A stretch of DNA of 64,000 nt from Dudresnaya verticillata. Taxonomy: Eukaryota. The position numbers and the translations under genes are program-made. Under the pieces are notes generated by a model. The model was given only the letters and a program-made list of their open reading frames with translations. It had not been told where the DNA came from and made no database searches. The stretch covers positions 1,302,001-1,366,000 of the forward strand of contig OZ374563.1 in the NCBI GenBank assembly GCA_977862235.1, in the 5' to 3' direction. This document shows, piece by piece, positions 34,801 to 44,646 of this stretch; the stretch's first letter is position 1, and every line of letters starts with the position of its first letter.

Positions 34801-35711
34801 GCCTGTCCAGAAATCTGCCCCTGAGACCTCCAAGCAAGGACTCATTCTCGCTCTCCAGTCCTCATTCAAAGACCCATCTCTTGTTACAGGCCCAGCTGAG
34901 CCGCCATGTCCTCAGCCCAGAGCTCACCAGGGACCAGTCACTAATTCTACCCGTGGCTATGCGCTTGTTGAGAGCCATGGTAGACATAATTTCCTCTGCT
35001 GGTTGGCTAAAACCGGCAATAGCAGCTGTCGAATTGACACAGCTGCTTACGCAGGGACTCTGGGACACGGACCCGCCACTCATGCAACTGCCCCATATCG
35101 ACAGAGTGCTAGCATCTGAACTGCGGGATGTCCACAATGTATCTGATGTCTTCAGCTTCCTCGACATGGACCCAACCACTCGTTCAGGGGTGTTGCAAAA
35201 CCTATCTAATAAGGAGGTCTCTGAAATCGCCACGGCATGCCAACAATTTCCGAGTTTGGACGACATTCAAATTCAATCCGTGGATCTAGCGCGCGGGGAC
35301 GGCAACGAGATCATAGTGAAAGTCACCGTAGGCATAAGGCGAAACGATGAGGCCGAAAACGGGTCCGGGTCTGACGATGCCAAACGGGTGTCTTCCACTC
35401 CTGTAATGGCCCCGCTGTATCCTGACCGCAGAGACGAAGGTTGGTGGGTTGTCATCGGCGATGTGCGGACAAATTCCGTTCTAACTCTCAAACATCTCAT
35501 ACTCAAACAAGAGGCCGTCATCAAGCTTGAGTTCTCGCCACTAGCCCCAGGCAAGCAGACGTATCAATTGTATCTATTGTCTGATTCATACTTTGTCGAC
35601 TGCGATCTTGAGGAAGAATTTGAGTTGAACGTGCCAAGCTCTGACGCAGGGCACTTGAACAACGCTTTGGCCAAAGGCGAACTGGACGTGGAGCCTCCCT
35701 CGGCTTCTTAG
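28878..35711 (+). CDS. BRR2: U5 snRNP 200-kDa helicase Brr2
   Basis: Intronless 2277-aa ORF. N-terminal QYTYKATSNLVL, then APTGAGKT, DEVH, SAT and QMMGRAGRP. Two helicase-Sec63 cassettes, the second degenerate. Confidence 0.97.
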   Translation: MVDEREFLKQYTYKATSNLVLEQNRASRRERVTGSGEVAPLKTDELPGRMGDMAGLRSEKVSPSGDQGRGQRGPPGPRRTEFDTHQTPMGKAPVLGAASTGVRDTKVVADLNVVDVANELELNEGHGGYAPTTLPSQRAYEALLGFIVSKLGDKPRDLLHSAADEVLAVLKAEQLSETDRKKNVAEILLSSISREEFSQLSDLGRRISDFQDPNAPTRHTRSDTIRGNQLHDGEEVALLFEEDGNEENGTATNALDEVLDLREPSDTEAPVFESLDVAPSTGRSLPDGEFKPEFQSLQQPTFTAQHVFEGMDALHIRDVHGYWVQRQLKTYYRDPHQCQQVAEEVLSIISQNEDNRTCENRLGLLLEFDKFELISALLKHREVIVYGTRLSRASTDAERQAIESEMAQTGSGRKLLSDLRKEDVTTEQASDVVANAAHPVGVPRLDSGSCREPEVNRSRKKRKRASFPLRKLDLDSLSFQKGGRVVTVRDVKLPAGSAHVEKKEYEEWHIPAVSAVADGKEQPLVPLTALPDWGRLAFPNVRTFNRVQSSVFSCAFDSDENMLLCAPTGAGKTNVAVLTILRTIRNSFQPGSEMKDIKAADFKLFKIVYVAPMKALVAEVVDNLGRRLADLGISVKELTGDVNLSKHDIDQTQIIVTTPEKWDILTRKSSQRSFTSLVRLLIVDEVHLLHDERGPVLEAIVARTLSGIEALTKTTRVVALSATLPNYRDVAAFLRVKPEKGLFHFDLSHRPCALQQCYVGISAKKPLKRFHVMNEITYEKVKQQLQSSNQVIIFVHSRKETSATSQYLVDKAIDDETTHLLMKPGESLEVIRSELPNLDARDLGDLLEQGLATHHAGMSRSDRHLVEALFEGGHIRVLVSTATLAWGVNLPAHAVIIKGTQVYAPEFGRWIELSPMDVMQMMGRAGRPQFDTYGEGYIITSKGEIQYYLSLLTHQLPIESRMISRIVDMLNAEVAIGSVSSVQEGSTWLSHTYLYVRMLSNPSLYGVSVDERNTDPTLERRRAELVHTAASQLHQSGLVTYNPKTADITPKELGRVAADFYVSHETMSLYMRHLKPSTTDVDLLRVFSMSGEFRHMRVREEEKLELSRLAERVPIPVKESLDEPSAKVNVLFQAFVSNLSLDGLALKADMVHVTQSAARLMRALLQVAVQMKRAALVERCLSLSKVVATRQWPSQTPLRQFRDALSRPLLHRVERKDISFERYYDLSVSELGELLRDPKLGRAVHRLVHSIPRLELDAHVRPLTRSMLEIDLTLSPDFRFDERIHGKGERFWIFVEDSDSEVLLHTELFFLQRSLATEDHFLKFTVQLSTPTPPQYFIKCISDAWIGPESILPISFRGLLLPEKFAPHTKPLDLHPLSVANAFPLKELEGDSVDGTAHNETMKAVRSYFATTFSHFNSLQTQMFQSLFNSGANALVATLPNMDRLVCAELCIARLFCRNPAAIAVWVVGRGSVAVDGTQRLLETGIGRHLNLKVVSFLSDRGADLNLLRSSGTIAVTTSERWDMFSRKWRQKREGKIIRNIDLIVIDGLHMISEWKDSGAALEVVCSRMRYIAADMTERGKEPFRIVCLSDPIANAKELGYWMGAPPSAVFSFHPKELEHGIRVESTAVSPRSGTRASYVAAVSQAIASEIGTRCSGRSVLVYVPSRKLARSVALEVLDAAAQHGNPKILLHASGLRDADVGGISTNALRECIQLGIGYIHQGMNRGDMRIVEGLFQTLAIRVLVATSDYAWESNLSRSCRIIIAGTQLDISREVALRHDEYPMTDLLKMMCSVKNESSPDQNPTLIITSTSRLDFYRLRSVEPMPVESQLQPCLADHLNAEISAGVVETKQEAVDYLTWTFIYKRLPKNPNYYGMSTRSLIGISNHLSEVVETALSDLEASKCVAAEGEEDVTLGALNLGIIASHYYIRHSTVELFASSVTPKTRLRGLLDILSLASEFSMVNIRADDAEALRSLSRNLPLRPPSKDSFSLSSPHSKTHLLLQAQLSRHVLSPELTRDQSLILPVAMRLLRAMVDIISSAGWLKPAIAAVELTQLLTQGLWDTDPPLMQLPHIDRVLASELRDVHNVSDVFSFLDMDPTTRSGVLQNLSNKEVSEIATACQQFPSLDDIQIQSVDLARGDGNEIIVKVTVGIRRNDEAENGSGSDDAKRVSSTPVMAPLYPDRRDEGWWVVIGDVRTNSVLTLKHLILKQEAVIKLEFSPLAPGKQTYQLYLLSDSYFVDCDLEEEFELNVPSSDAGHLNNALAKGELDVEPPSAS

Positions 35712-35725
35712 ATTGCAGTGCTGTA

Positions 35726-37295
35726 CTAAGACATGCTGTGCCTCGGAGTCGCATGCTGGTCCTCATCCGATGTCCTATAGAATAGTGACGGATCAGTTGG
35801 GTAGGCATGCTTTTGAAACTGTGTAAATTTCGGTAGCACCTGTACTCCATCAACCTCAGCCCCGAAGATTGTTGCAATCGCCGCCTTATTCTGCCTTGGG
35901 CGATCCGGTGCTTCACTCGCATACACCGGAAAAAGAAAAAATTGACCCACACATGTTAGTATCAAATCCTACATGAGCCCCTTGTATCAGGTATCGTCAC
36001 ACTTACGATATCCCGCGGCAGAAAACACTGTTGCGACGAATCCAGAGCGTAGTTCCATATCCACGGAGAACCCTTGGAGCATATCACCCATTTCAGGGCG
36101 CTTTTCTCGCATATCTGGACCTTCATGAGCCCGCAGCAGGCCATCCAAATGATTTCGCGTAAAGAATGATGTAACCGCCCCATTCCCAAACAGAATTCCC
36201 GCCCCGCGAAGCACGTTCGCCGCAACGCCTGCAGCGCTGGTTTGCGGGTCACTCCAAAGAACGTCTTCCAAAATGCTTTGAAAAGGGTCTTCAACCCGAC
36301 GGTTTATGTTGTCCAGATCAGTCAGGTCCGCAAGTTCCATCGATACCTTTCCTTGAGCACGCCATGATCGGAAGAGCCCACCATGCACAACCAAGATACG
36401 ACGTTCACCAGGAATGGGTACCCGACTCCAACCCAATTGATTAGAATCCTTCTCCTGATCCCTTGTTCTTCGCTTCTTCCGGGTTCCTTGCCTGGCGGAC
36501 GCAGCTTTGTTCTTTGAGGCCACACTCCGACAATTCGGATTGATCTCGGGGCGTTGCTTCTCTCGCGGAAGAGTTCTAATAACAGCTCCGCATGGCAGTT
36601 CTCGAAACGTTTTAACAAAGGCTGCGAATACCTTCTCATCGTATTTTCTTAGAACTTCTTTTTGGAAGCCGTATCTGAGTGTTTGTAAAGAAGGTCCAAC
36701 CACACATAAAACGTATTCCCGTTAGAGTTCAATACCGAAACAGGTGAAAAAGCAGTAGTTGGATTTGTTACCTTGCAGCGCAGCCTGTCGTTTCGTGATT
36801 TCCTCTCAGCACGAAAACATGTGCGGGCTGCCAGAGCTTCATCGCGAATATAGACACAAGAACCTCAACACCCCATGACCCGCGATCGACGCAATCCCCG
36901 GCGAAACAAAGGTAGTTGTCGGAAGAAGGCCAGCCTGCAATGGCCAGTCCTTCAAGGAACGAGTGCAGGTCACCATGAGTATCTCCAAACACGTGAATGC
37001 GACCACGTGGAGGGATAACAACGTCCAACACATTTCCTTCCCGGGAAAAGACCTGCCTTACATTCCCCAACAACTTCAGCAATGCGTCTTTTCTGAACGC
37101 AAAGATACTCAACAAATCTGGAGGGCGAAAAGAAGCAATAAAGAATCGAGCAAGCAGAGTCGAAACAAAATCGGAGCCAACATTGTCACCAATTGGCCAC
37201 ACTATGGGGGCGCACAGTTCCAACGGTTTGCCTTCTGGAACAGCACCAGCTTCAACTCCATGCTCCAGCTTGAGAAATCCCGGGATACGCGACAT
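35726..37295 (-). CDS. Ser/Thr phosphoprotein phosphatase, PP7-like; 3 exons
   Basis: Motifs GDTHG, GDCVDRG, RGNHE, HGG, DVLWSDP and RAHEGPD. Exons 37295-36772, 36674-36007 and 35910-35726; introns 36675-36771 and 35911-36006, both with CTAAC. The second acceptor (AAG) is less certain. Confidence 0.88.
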
Positions 37296-37354
37296 TGCAC
37301 CCTACGATGTAATCACTCGCAAGCCCAAAACGCTTGTGTGCCTTCTTCTTCTTC

Positions 37355-37676
37355 TTAACCCTCGCAGACTGGGGGGTTATGTGCATGCCCCCCCTCCCCC
37401 CCCCCCCCCCCCATTATCAGCCCCCTGGTTATTATGGATCAAAATGTAGAATCTGGCGCCCTTAGTGTGTGGCAGTATGGACGCTGTCAGCAGAAGAGCT
37501 TACAGAAGCGCCTTCCTTTTTTTCGCGGGACAGACTGTCCCTTAATCAGGACAGCTGTCCTCTCATCGCTGTACACGTGGATGCCACATGGAATACACGT
37601 GTGTACACGTGTGTACACGTGGCCCTACAGCTGTACACGTCGACTTACAGCTATACACGTGGCGTACATGTGGCAT
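37355..37676. mobile_element. Possible end of a DNA transposon (piggyBac-like TTAA-CCCT) with ACACGT-rich subterminal repeats
   Basis: TTAACCCT at 37355, a poly-C tract, and about six TACACGT units at 37570-37665. No matching second terminus was found in the window. Confidence 0.3.
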
Positions 37677-38277
37677 TGTAATGACGCCAGTTGGACACCT
37701 CGTATTGGTTGATTTATGACGCGCCGCTGCGCTCCTACTCACGAACGAGGAGCACCTCTGCGCTCAGGGTATCGACAGTGCAGCCGGGACCTCGGCTTGC
37801 GCACCGGCGTATCCGCCACCAAGTCCCCTAACTGGAATGCATTCCCACTTTTGACTCGTACTGACAGTACTAACCTACGTAACTATAATCATAGACTAAC
37901 TTAGACCCCCTTTCGGGCTGATAGACTTTTCGGCTGTCAAGCCCTACTTATGGGCGCCGGACTAGCCGGCTGTGGAAGAATGAGCCGCAACAAGAGTGCT
38001 GGCGCACTGTATGTGGCCGCTCACGCGTCCCGACGCGGTACTACCACTAATCCGTATTTATAACTGACAACAGTACGATTAGATTAATAATTACAGCTAG
38101 AATAGCTTAGAATAGCTCATAGGAGGTAAGAGCATTTTCGGCCCTGGATACTTGATAGGCCCCTGAGTAGCAGGGGCCTCCTGAATAGAACCCACGGTGG
38201 GTTTCGGGTCTTTACCCCTTTTCTGGAATTCACGGACTCACCGTAACCTCCCTTTCAGGTGCTTTACGAGCCTTGCC

Positions 38278-40083
38278 TGTAGTGCAAAGCGTCTTTGACG
38301 GACACTGCCGAGCAGTTCGGGGCTCGGTGGTAGCGACGCCTGCGGCGATGAATGGCCTCGCCGTGGGCGTCTGGTGGTAGAGCGGTTGACTCGCCTTGGG
38401 CGGACTGTAAACGCCCTTTGCGGAAAAGAAGAACAAAAGGAAACAGAGAAAGGAACACGTCAAGGCCGATGGTAGACGTGGAAGCACGGGAGGTAGACGC
38501 TTAGCCGTAGGCCGCGGTAGGGTACGCGCGTGCTGAACGGGGAAGTCTGGACCAAGGCCGGCTTACCGGGGTTTACTGTGACGTCTGAGACGGATCAACT
38601 AAGTACAGGATTACCTAGCGGCGGCGACGCGGATGTACGCGTAACGCGGGAACTCGGGACACGTGTTGTCCCGAGGCGCGTCTGACAGATCCGTCCGTCA
38701 TGCAGCCGCGCTCCTGACAGATCACTGTGTTGCAAGGGGAGGCGAGCCCTTTTTCGCTGAAAGCGGTCGGACTAAATACGTCGACGGACGGAGAAACCGC
38801 CACCGGCGCTCACCACCGCCGTTGGCGCGCGAACACGTCATCGACGGCTTGCTGAGGCGCGCGCGCGCACGGCGCGCCGCGCGCCACGCGGGCACCGTAC
38901 AGTGCTGGGCCGACCTGGCGCCTCGGGGCACTGTAGCGCGAATCCGGATGCGATCCGGATCCGGCATCCAGATTGGCTATCTGGATCGCCTAAGCTGTAA
39001 GGTATGCGCCTGTAAGGCTGCGGGTATCAGCATTGCTGGTCCAATCCGGATGGGATCAGGATCGGACAAGTACCAGATTAGATCTAAGGCATACGCTCTA
39101 CAGTGCGCGCGCACGCGCGGCTGTAAGGCACACGCGTCCACGTGTACGTGTAAGCACCCACACAGGGGATTGTACGGCGATCTATCAGACGCGCGGCTGC
39201 ATGCGACGCGTGATCTGTCAGACGCGCCTCGGGACGACACGTGTCCCGAGTTCCCGCGCTACACGCACGCCGCCGCGCCGCCGTACTATACTTAGGTAAG
39301 CCGTCCCAGACGTCACAGTAAACGCCCGGGCAAGCCGGCCTTGGCCCAGACTTCCCCGTTCCGCACGCGCGCATTCTACCGCTGCCTACGGCTAAGCGTC
39401 TACCTCCCGTGCTTCCACGTCTACCATCGTCCTTGACGTGTTCCCTTTCTCTTTCCATTTTCCTTCCTTTCCGCCTCGGGCGTTTACAGTCCGCCCAAGG
39501 CGTGCATGCCCCTTTTGCTCTACCACCAAGTCGCCCACGGCGGGACTACCTACCGCCGAGGGCGCAGCTACCCACCGAGCCCCGAACTGCTCGGCGGTCT
39601 ATCGTCATTGGACGCTTTGCACCACAATCACGCGTAGTTCCCCGCGCGAGTCCTTACACCTACACGTGGATCCTTTCCTTACAGCCGCGCGCGCGCCTCA
39701 TGGCGCGAGCGATCTCGATCCGTACCGATCCCGATCCAGTCCGGATTCGGGCCAGCGATGCGGATGCGCCAGGCTTACAGGCGCGTGCCTTACACCCCTT
39801 AATCCCGATGTGGGATCCCGATTGGATCCGGATTCGGGCCACGCTTACAGCGAACGTTCCCGCCACTGCGCCACGCGCGCACGCGTGGCGCCGTACAGTG
39901 GCCGGGTTCAGGCGTGCGGTCTGCACGCCCAGCGAGCCGTTCTGGGCCAAGTGGCCAGGGGCATGCGTCGGTGACGTGTTTGCGCCGCGGGCGGGTTGAG
40001 CGCGCCGTTGGCGGTCGTCCGTCGGTAGACGCTGCATATCAACGCTTGAAAGCGAAAACGGGGGGACCCCCCCTGGCACTACA
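38278..40083 (-). repeat. 3' LTR of element A, interrupted by a solo LTR
   Basis: 38278-38725 plus 39632-40083 (900 bp) matches 52250-53162. Confidence 0.93.
38726..39626 (+). mobile_element. Solo LTR of a related subfamily, inserted in inverted orientation
   Basis: Termini TGTGTTGCAA..TTGCACCACA; TSD ATCAC at 38721-38725 and 39627-39631. Its reverse complement is similar to the A LTR. Confidence 0.9.
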
Positions 40084-40097
40084 CGACCCCCTCCGAA
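40084..40097 (-). other. Polypurine-tract-like sequence of element A
   Basis: Minus-strand TTCGGAGGGGGTCG lies immediately before the TGTAGTGCC start of the 3' LTR. Confidence 0.65.
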
Positions 40098-40546
40098 AAC
40101 GCAAACACGTCAACCTGCTTCAGCCTGCCTGCCTTCCCGCGTCTGCGTCTCTTCCAGTGCCGATCGTGTCGGTCACCCGCGTCTTCGCGCCTGCGTTTGC
40201 CCTCCCTTGGCGTTGGTTGAGCCCCGTCAAAGACGCACGTTCAGTTGTCCACCCGCCGTCGGCGCAGCAACAACTCCCGTCGAAGACGTGTTGTTGACTA
40301 ACTTCGCCAGTGGCGTGCGTGAAACCCCGTCGTTGACGTCGTATCTTGTGCACGCGTGCGTGCGCTCATCGCCTAGGGCGTTTCTTTGAGGTCCGCCTTC
40401 GGCGTTGTTCAGTCCAGCGTCGTTGACGTGTGCCGTGTTTGCTTCCGCCTTTGGCGTAGTTGACTCTACTGCGGAGTCCGAGACCGTCGTTGACGTATCG
40501 TGTGAAGTCCGCCAGTGGCGTGTGATTACTCAACGTCTCAGACGTA

Positions 40547-42852
40547 ATGGCGCAGTTCAATGGCCTGCAAGTGGCTGCGTCTTCGGCGGCGCCGGTGTAT
40601 CCGTCCCCCTTCGACTTCGTCGGGAGGACGCCCCGCAACGATGCGCGATTATTCTCGCGGGCCCCCTGTTTCGACCAGGAGGCCCTGCGACACGAGGATC
40701 TCATCACCCATTACGCTGTGAGCGGATTTTTGCCAGGGGGGTTGCCCCTGGCCGTCGTGTGGACGAACGAGTGGCGCCACCGGTGCGCCATTCCGCGGGG
40801 TTGTCTGCGTATTGCCGCTGGCCAGACGCGTGCAGATGCACATGCGCGTTTCGTCGTTGACGTGTATCGGCGGTTTACCCGCTATCCGGGGTCGGTATTG
40901 ACGCCCACCGTCTTTGAATTTGACGCAGGGCAGTACCGCACAAATGGCGAGGTGGGCTATGGAGACCGTCTTGGGACGTTGTCGTTAAGCCATGTGGCTG
41001 TTTCGGCTGAGCCGCGGGTGCTTCAGGAGGCTAACCTCCTTGGTGTACGCTTGAAAGCGGATTTCCGATACTTGCATCGGACGGGTACCTTCTATTGGGA
41101 GCGCTGCGTCCGTTGGGAGTGCGAAACGCGCCGCCGCAAAGGCGTTTTTGCACCGTACCAAGATACGCAGGTCGATCGCATTGAGCGGGAAAAGTTGCCG
41201 CATTGCTTCATTCGCGTCCCGCCGATGTGGCGGGACTTGAGGTCTGCGAGGGCTTTGCGGCTGAATTGCCTCCGTGTGTCACGTATATTGACTCCGAGTT
41301 GCGGATGGATCCGTACTCCCGATGTTGGATCGTATTTTTCACCGAGTGGGTCGTCAACGTAACTTACGCATGGATGTGGGAGGTGTATGACACCTTCCGG
41401 CTCTATTATGTGCCGCCACGCGTAGTCAGCCTCCTTGGTGGGCTTGACTTGACCGAAGTGCTGGGTGGTGCCAGGAACTGCCAAGAGTTCTGGGATTTAC
41501 GCCATGTGGCGGATAACGTCAACTGGGACGACCCGGTAGCTGTGCCGCCGGGAAACCGGCGCCGTAAGGCAAACCGTCCGCGTTACGCGATGAGTAGGAA
41601 TCATTCCGCCTGTGGCGATTGGGTATGGTACAACCCGTGGACCAAACGTCTTACGACGGAGAACATCGCTGAGAGTCATCGTCGAACGGACCGCTTCACG
41701 CCAGCGAATCACCCACGTGGGTTGCGCAAGAATTGCGACTTTGCGGGGGATTTCCCACCCCACTTGAGCGCCTTGATGGCGGAGGAGGATGCGTTTCACG
41801 CTAACAGCGGACCGGTTAACCCGTCTGGGACGGACGTCGTTACGCCTATGGCGGTTGAGCTTGCTGCGGGGGCGTCAGCTCCCGCGACGATTTCGCCAGC
41901 GGCGGTAGGGCCGTCGGCTGTGGTGCCTGTTGGCTTGCCGTCGGTTGCGCCATTGGATCTCTCGGCGCCCGTCAATGACGGTGATGGTGATGCCATCATG
42001 GCTGCGCCCCTGGCGAGTTCTGCGTCTGCAGCTACGCCTCAAGGCGGAGTTTATAACGTCGCTGACGATGCGAACCGCCGTCCTGCAGTGCCAGAATGGA
42101 CTGAGGAGCAGCGCTGCACGGTGCTCGCATTCTTGCGGGCCACCGGTGTCATCACTGACGGGTCGGGCGGGTCATCCACGACGCCCCTCGGGCACTCGCT
42201 GCTTGCTGCTCTGCAGCCCAGCGTTTCTGCGGTCCCGGCGTCGGCCGTCGTTGCGACTGTGCCGTCTAACGACGAAGGTGCGGCGTCTAATGACGGAGTG
42301 GCGAAAAAGCCGTTGTCGCCTAAGGCGGGTTGTGCGGGTTCGTCCGCCATTGCGTCCACTGACGTTGTTAACAAAAGTCCGCCAAAGGCGAGTGCGGTGG
42401 CAGCGCCTACGGCGGCTTCGCAGGCTCCAGTGGCCTCTTCGTCGGTGACGGATGTTGATCGTTCAACGCCTTTGGCGGTTAATGCGGTCCCGTCACCGGA
42501 GGTGCCGGGGCCGTCGACTTCGCCCAAGGCGGTTGAGGATGCTCCGCCACCAAAGGCGAGTGAGCTTCCTGGTGTAGCGCCTGAGGCGGATAATGACTCT
42601 AACGTTGCGCCTATGGCGGTTGACGAACAGTCGTCGCCTAAGACGGGTTGTGGGACAGGTGCGTCGCCAGCGGCGGATGTCGCGACTTCGACAGCAGTGG
42701 TTGTGGCGGGTCCCTTGCGGTCCATTCCTGCCCCTGCTGCGAGCGTACCGTCGGTGACGGAGGACGACCTCTATGAAGAGGCGTTAAGAGAGTCCGCCAA
42801 TGGCGTTGGGGATGATGCCCCACTTGAGCCGTCTGCGACGAAAAAGGCGTAG
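40547..42852 (+). pseudogene. Antisense accessory ORF of element A, unknown family, with one frameshift near 41230
   Basis: ORFs 40547-41362 and 41203-42852 joined at CFIRVPPMW/GLEVCEGF align colinearly with 57093-58820. Confidence 0.85.
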
Positions 42853-44056
42853 CCTTTGTTAGATCGTTAAGAACGGTTAGCGAACGCGCGAGCGCGTGTG
42901 GTGTCGCTTTGCCTGCCCCGTGGTGGGGCGGCGAGCGAGGGATTCATACGTCATAGACGGTTAGTGCCGCGTCTCACGACGTAGGTCGTAGTGGAAGGTC
43001 ATGCGGGCACGGGGGTTACCCTCGCTTGTGAAGCCCGAATAAACTTGACCGTTATCCAACGTAGTTACTTATGTGTCCGCTTGATGTAGAGCGCTGCGAT
43101 AGCGAGCAGTAGGTAGCCGACGGTTCCCGTTCGTATAGACGTTGTTTTTGTCTGTCCGCTGTAGTAGCGTTTGCGTAAAAGCTTGGGGCGGTGCCGCCTT
43201 GATGGCTTTTTTCTCTTTCCTTGATGCCGCTACAGTAGCGTAAACCCTTTTGGGAGGGTCCATTTTCTCATGCCGACTTAGTCGTTTTGTTCCAATTGTG
43301 GTTCCGCTTGTTGAGCGAATATGTAGTTGGGGAGCCGTTTGTCGGTAGGCTTTTCGTCTTTGACGTAGAGCATGTTGGGTTAGCGTCGGGGACGGTTAGC
43401 TTGGCGACGTGCCGCGCGTGGGGCGCGTTTCTTGCGACTCCTGGGCGTGGATGCCGCGCCCAGCGGCGGAGTCATTTTTGCGATTAGCGCGTCGTGCACG
43501 AAACGTAGCCCAACTCCGTCTTCGACGACTGCTTCTTCTCTCGTGTTCGCGGGCGACCCCTTTTTCGACTTGAGACACGTCGTTGACGTTCGCGGGCGTC
43601 ACCCTCGAGGCGGTTGCGTGCGCCGCCCGTAAGGGTGGCGAGTTTCGGACTTGGCCGTGGGTGGCGCGCCTGGGCGAGGACGTCGGAGACGGTCGGTCGG
43701 GTCCGTGCTCGGGTGCCTCGTGGGCGTTCGTAGTGCTGGGCACACGCTTGTCAGGTTCTCGTTTGTTGGGTGCCGCCGCCTGGCTGGTGCCTTCGCGTTA
43801 TTATTTTCACATTAAATTTTTCCATTTCGTTTGTTGCCCGATTTCGTGTGGTGCGTGCGCCCTCCACCCCTCCTGACTACTGTCAGCCGTCCTGTCCTTA
43901 CGGACCCCCTCCGAAGAGGGTTGCCTATTCGCGTGTCGCCAACCCAATCGTCCTTGATCCGGTTGATTACACCCCCCGTCGTTCGTAACGAGTGCACGTC
44001 TGCTGCACTTTGTATGTGGCATGTGTTGTCGCTTCCAGCGTCCACTCTGACTAGGG

Positions 44057-44257
44057 TTACCCGCGTTGCGCGTCGTCGATGTTTGGCGGCAGGCGCGTGT
44101 GCTTCTGACGGTGATACCATACGACGTGCGATCGCGGTAAACTGGACACTGGTTCCCAGGTATTCGCTGAAGCGGGGTATCCAAACCACTTGACGCGGTA
44201 GAGGATCTCGCCGTCTTCTGCGTGTGCGTGCGACTCAACCCGTTCGATAACGTACTC
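44057..44257 (-). pseudogene. Chromodomain at the C-terminus of element A integrase
   Basis: EYVIERVESH..ILYRVKWFGYPASANTWEPVSSLP. It is now separated from the integrase by a stop at 44647 and a frame change. Confidence 0.85.
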
Positions 44258-44646
44258 CGTCGCGCTTGTAGCGGTCGACGTGGGCTCCTGCCGTGCTAAC
44301 GCCTGGGCGGTTCACTTGGTTGCGTGATGGGCGTCTGCACCGGTTCTGCAAACCGTACTCGACGAGTCGATCGCCTAAGGCGCTGGGTCGGTGCCCCGAG
44401 CGCTTGCGTAGCGGGTTGTGGTTCGTCGCTTTTGCGTACTGGTTCCTCGCTTCTAGCGGCGTCCTTTGCGTTAGCGCGGTCTTCCTCATCGTCAGTCGAT
44501 GCGCTCGAAGCGGGACCTACATTGGTAACCGGCGAAGCCGAGGTTGCGTGTCCCATTCGTGTGCGGATGCCTGGACCCTCCTCCTCGTCGGAGACGGATT
44601 GCGATACACCGTCGTCGGGGTTAGCGGCGAAGGGCGAGAGCTCTGC

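Noticed and set aside
37560..37676. Short repeats interpreted as a CRISPR array
   Set aside because: The units are ~8-10 bp and irregular, with no unique spacers of constant length. The context is eukaryotic and there are no cas genes.
38230..40297. Many short ORFs within the LTR sequences
   Set aside because: They recur only because the LTRs are duplicated; no coding signature.
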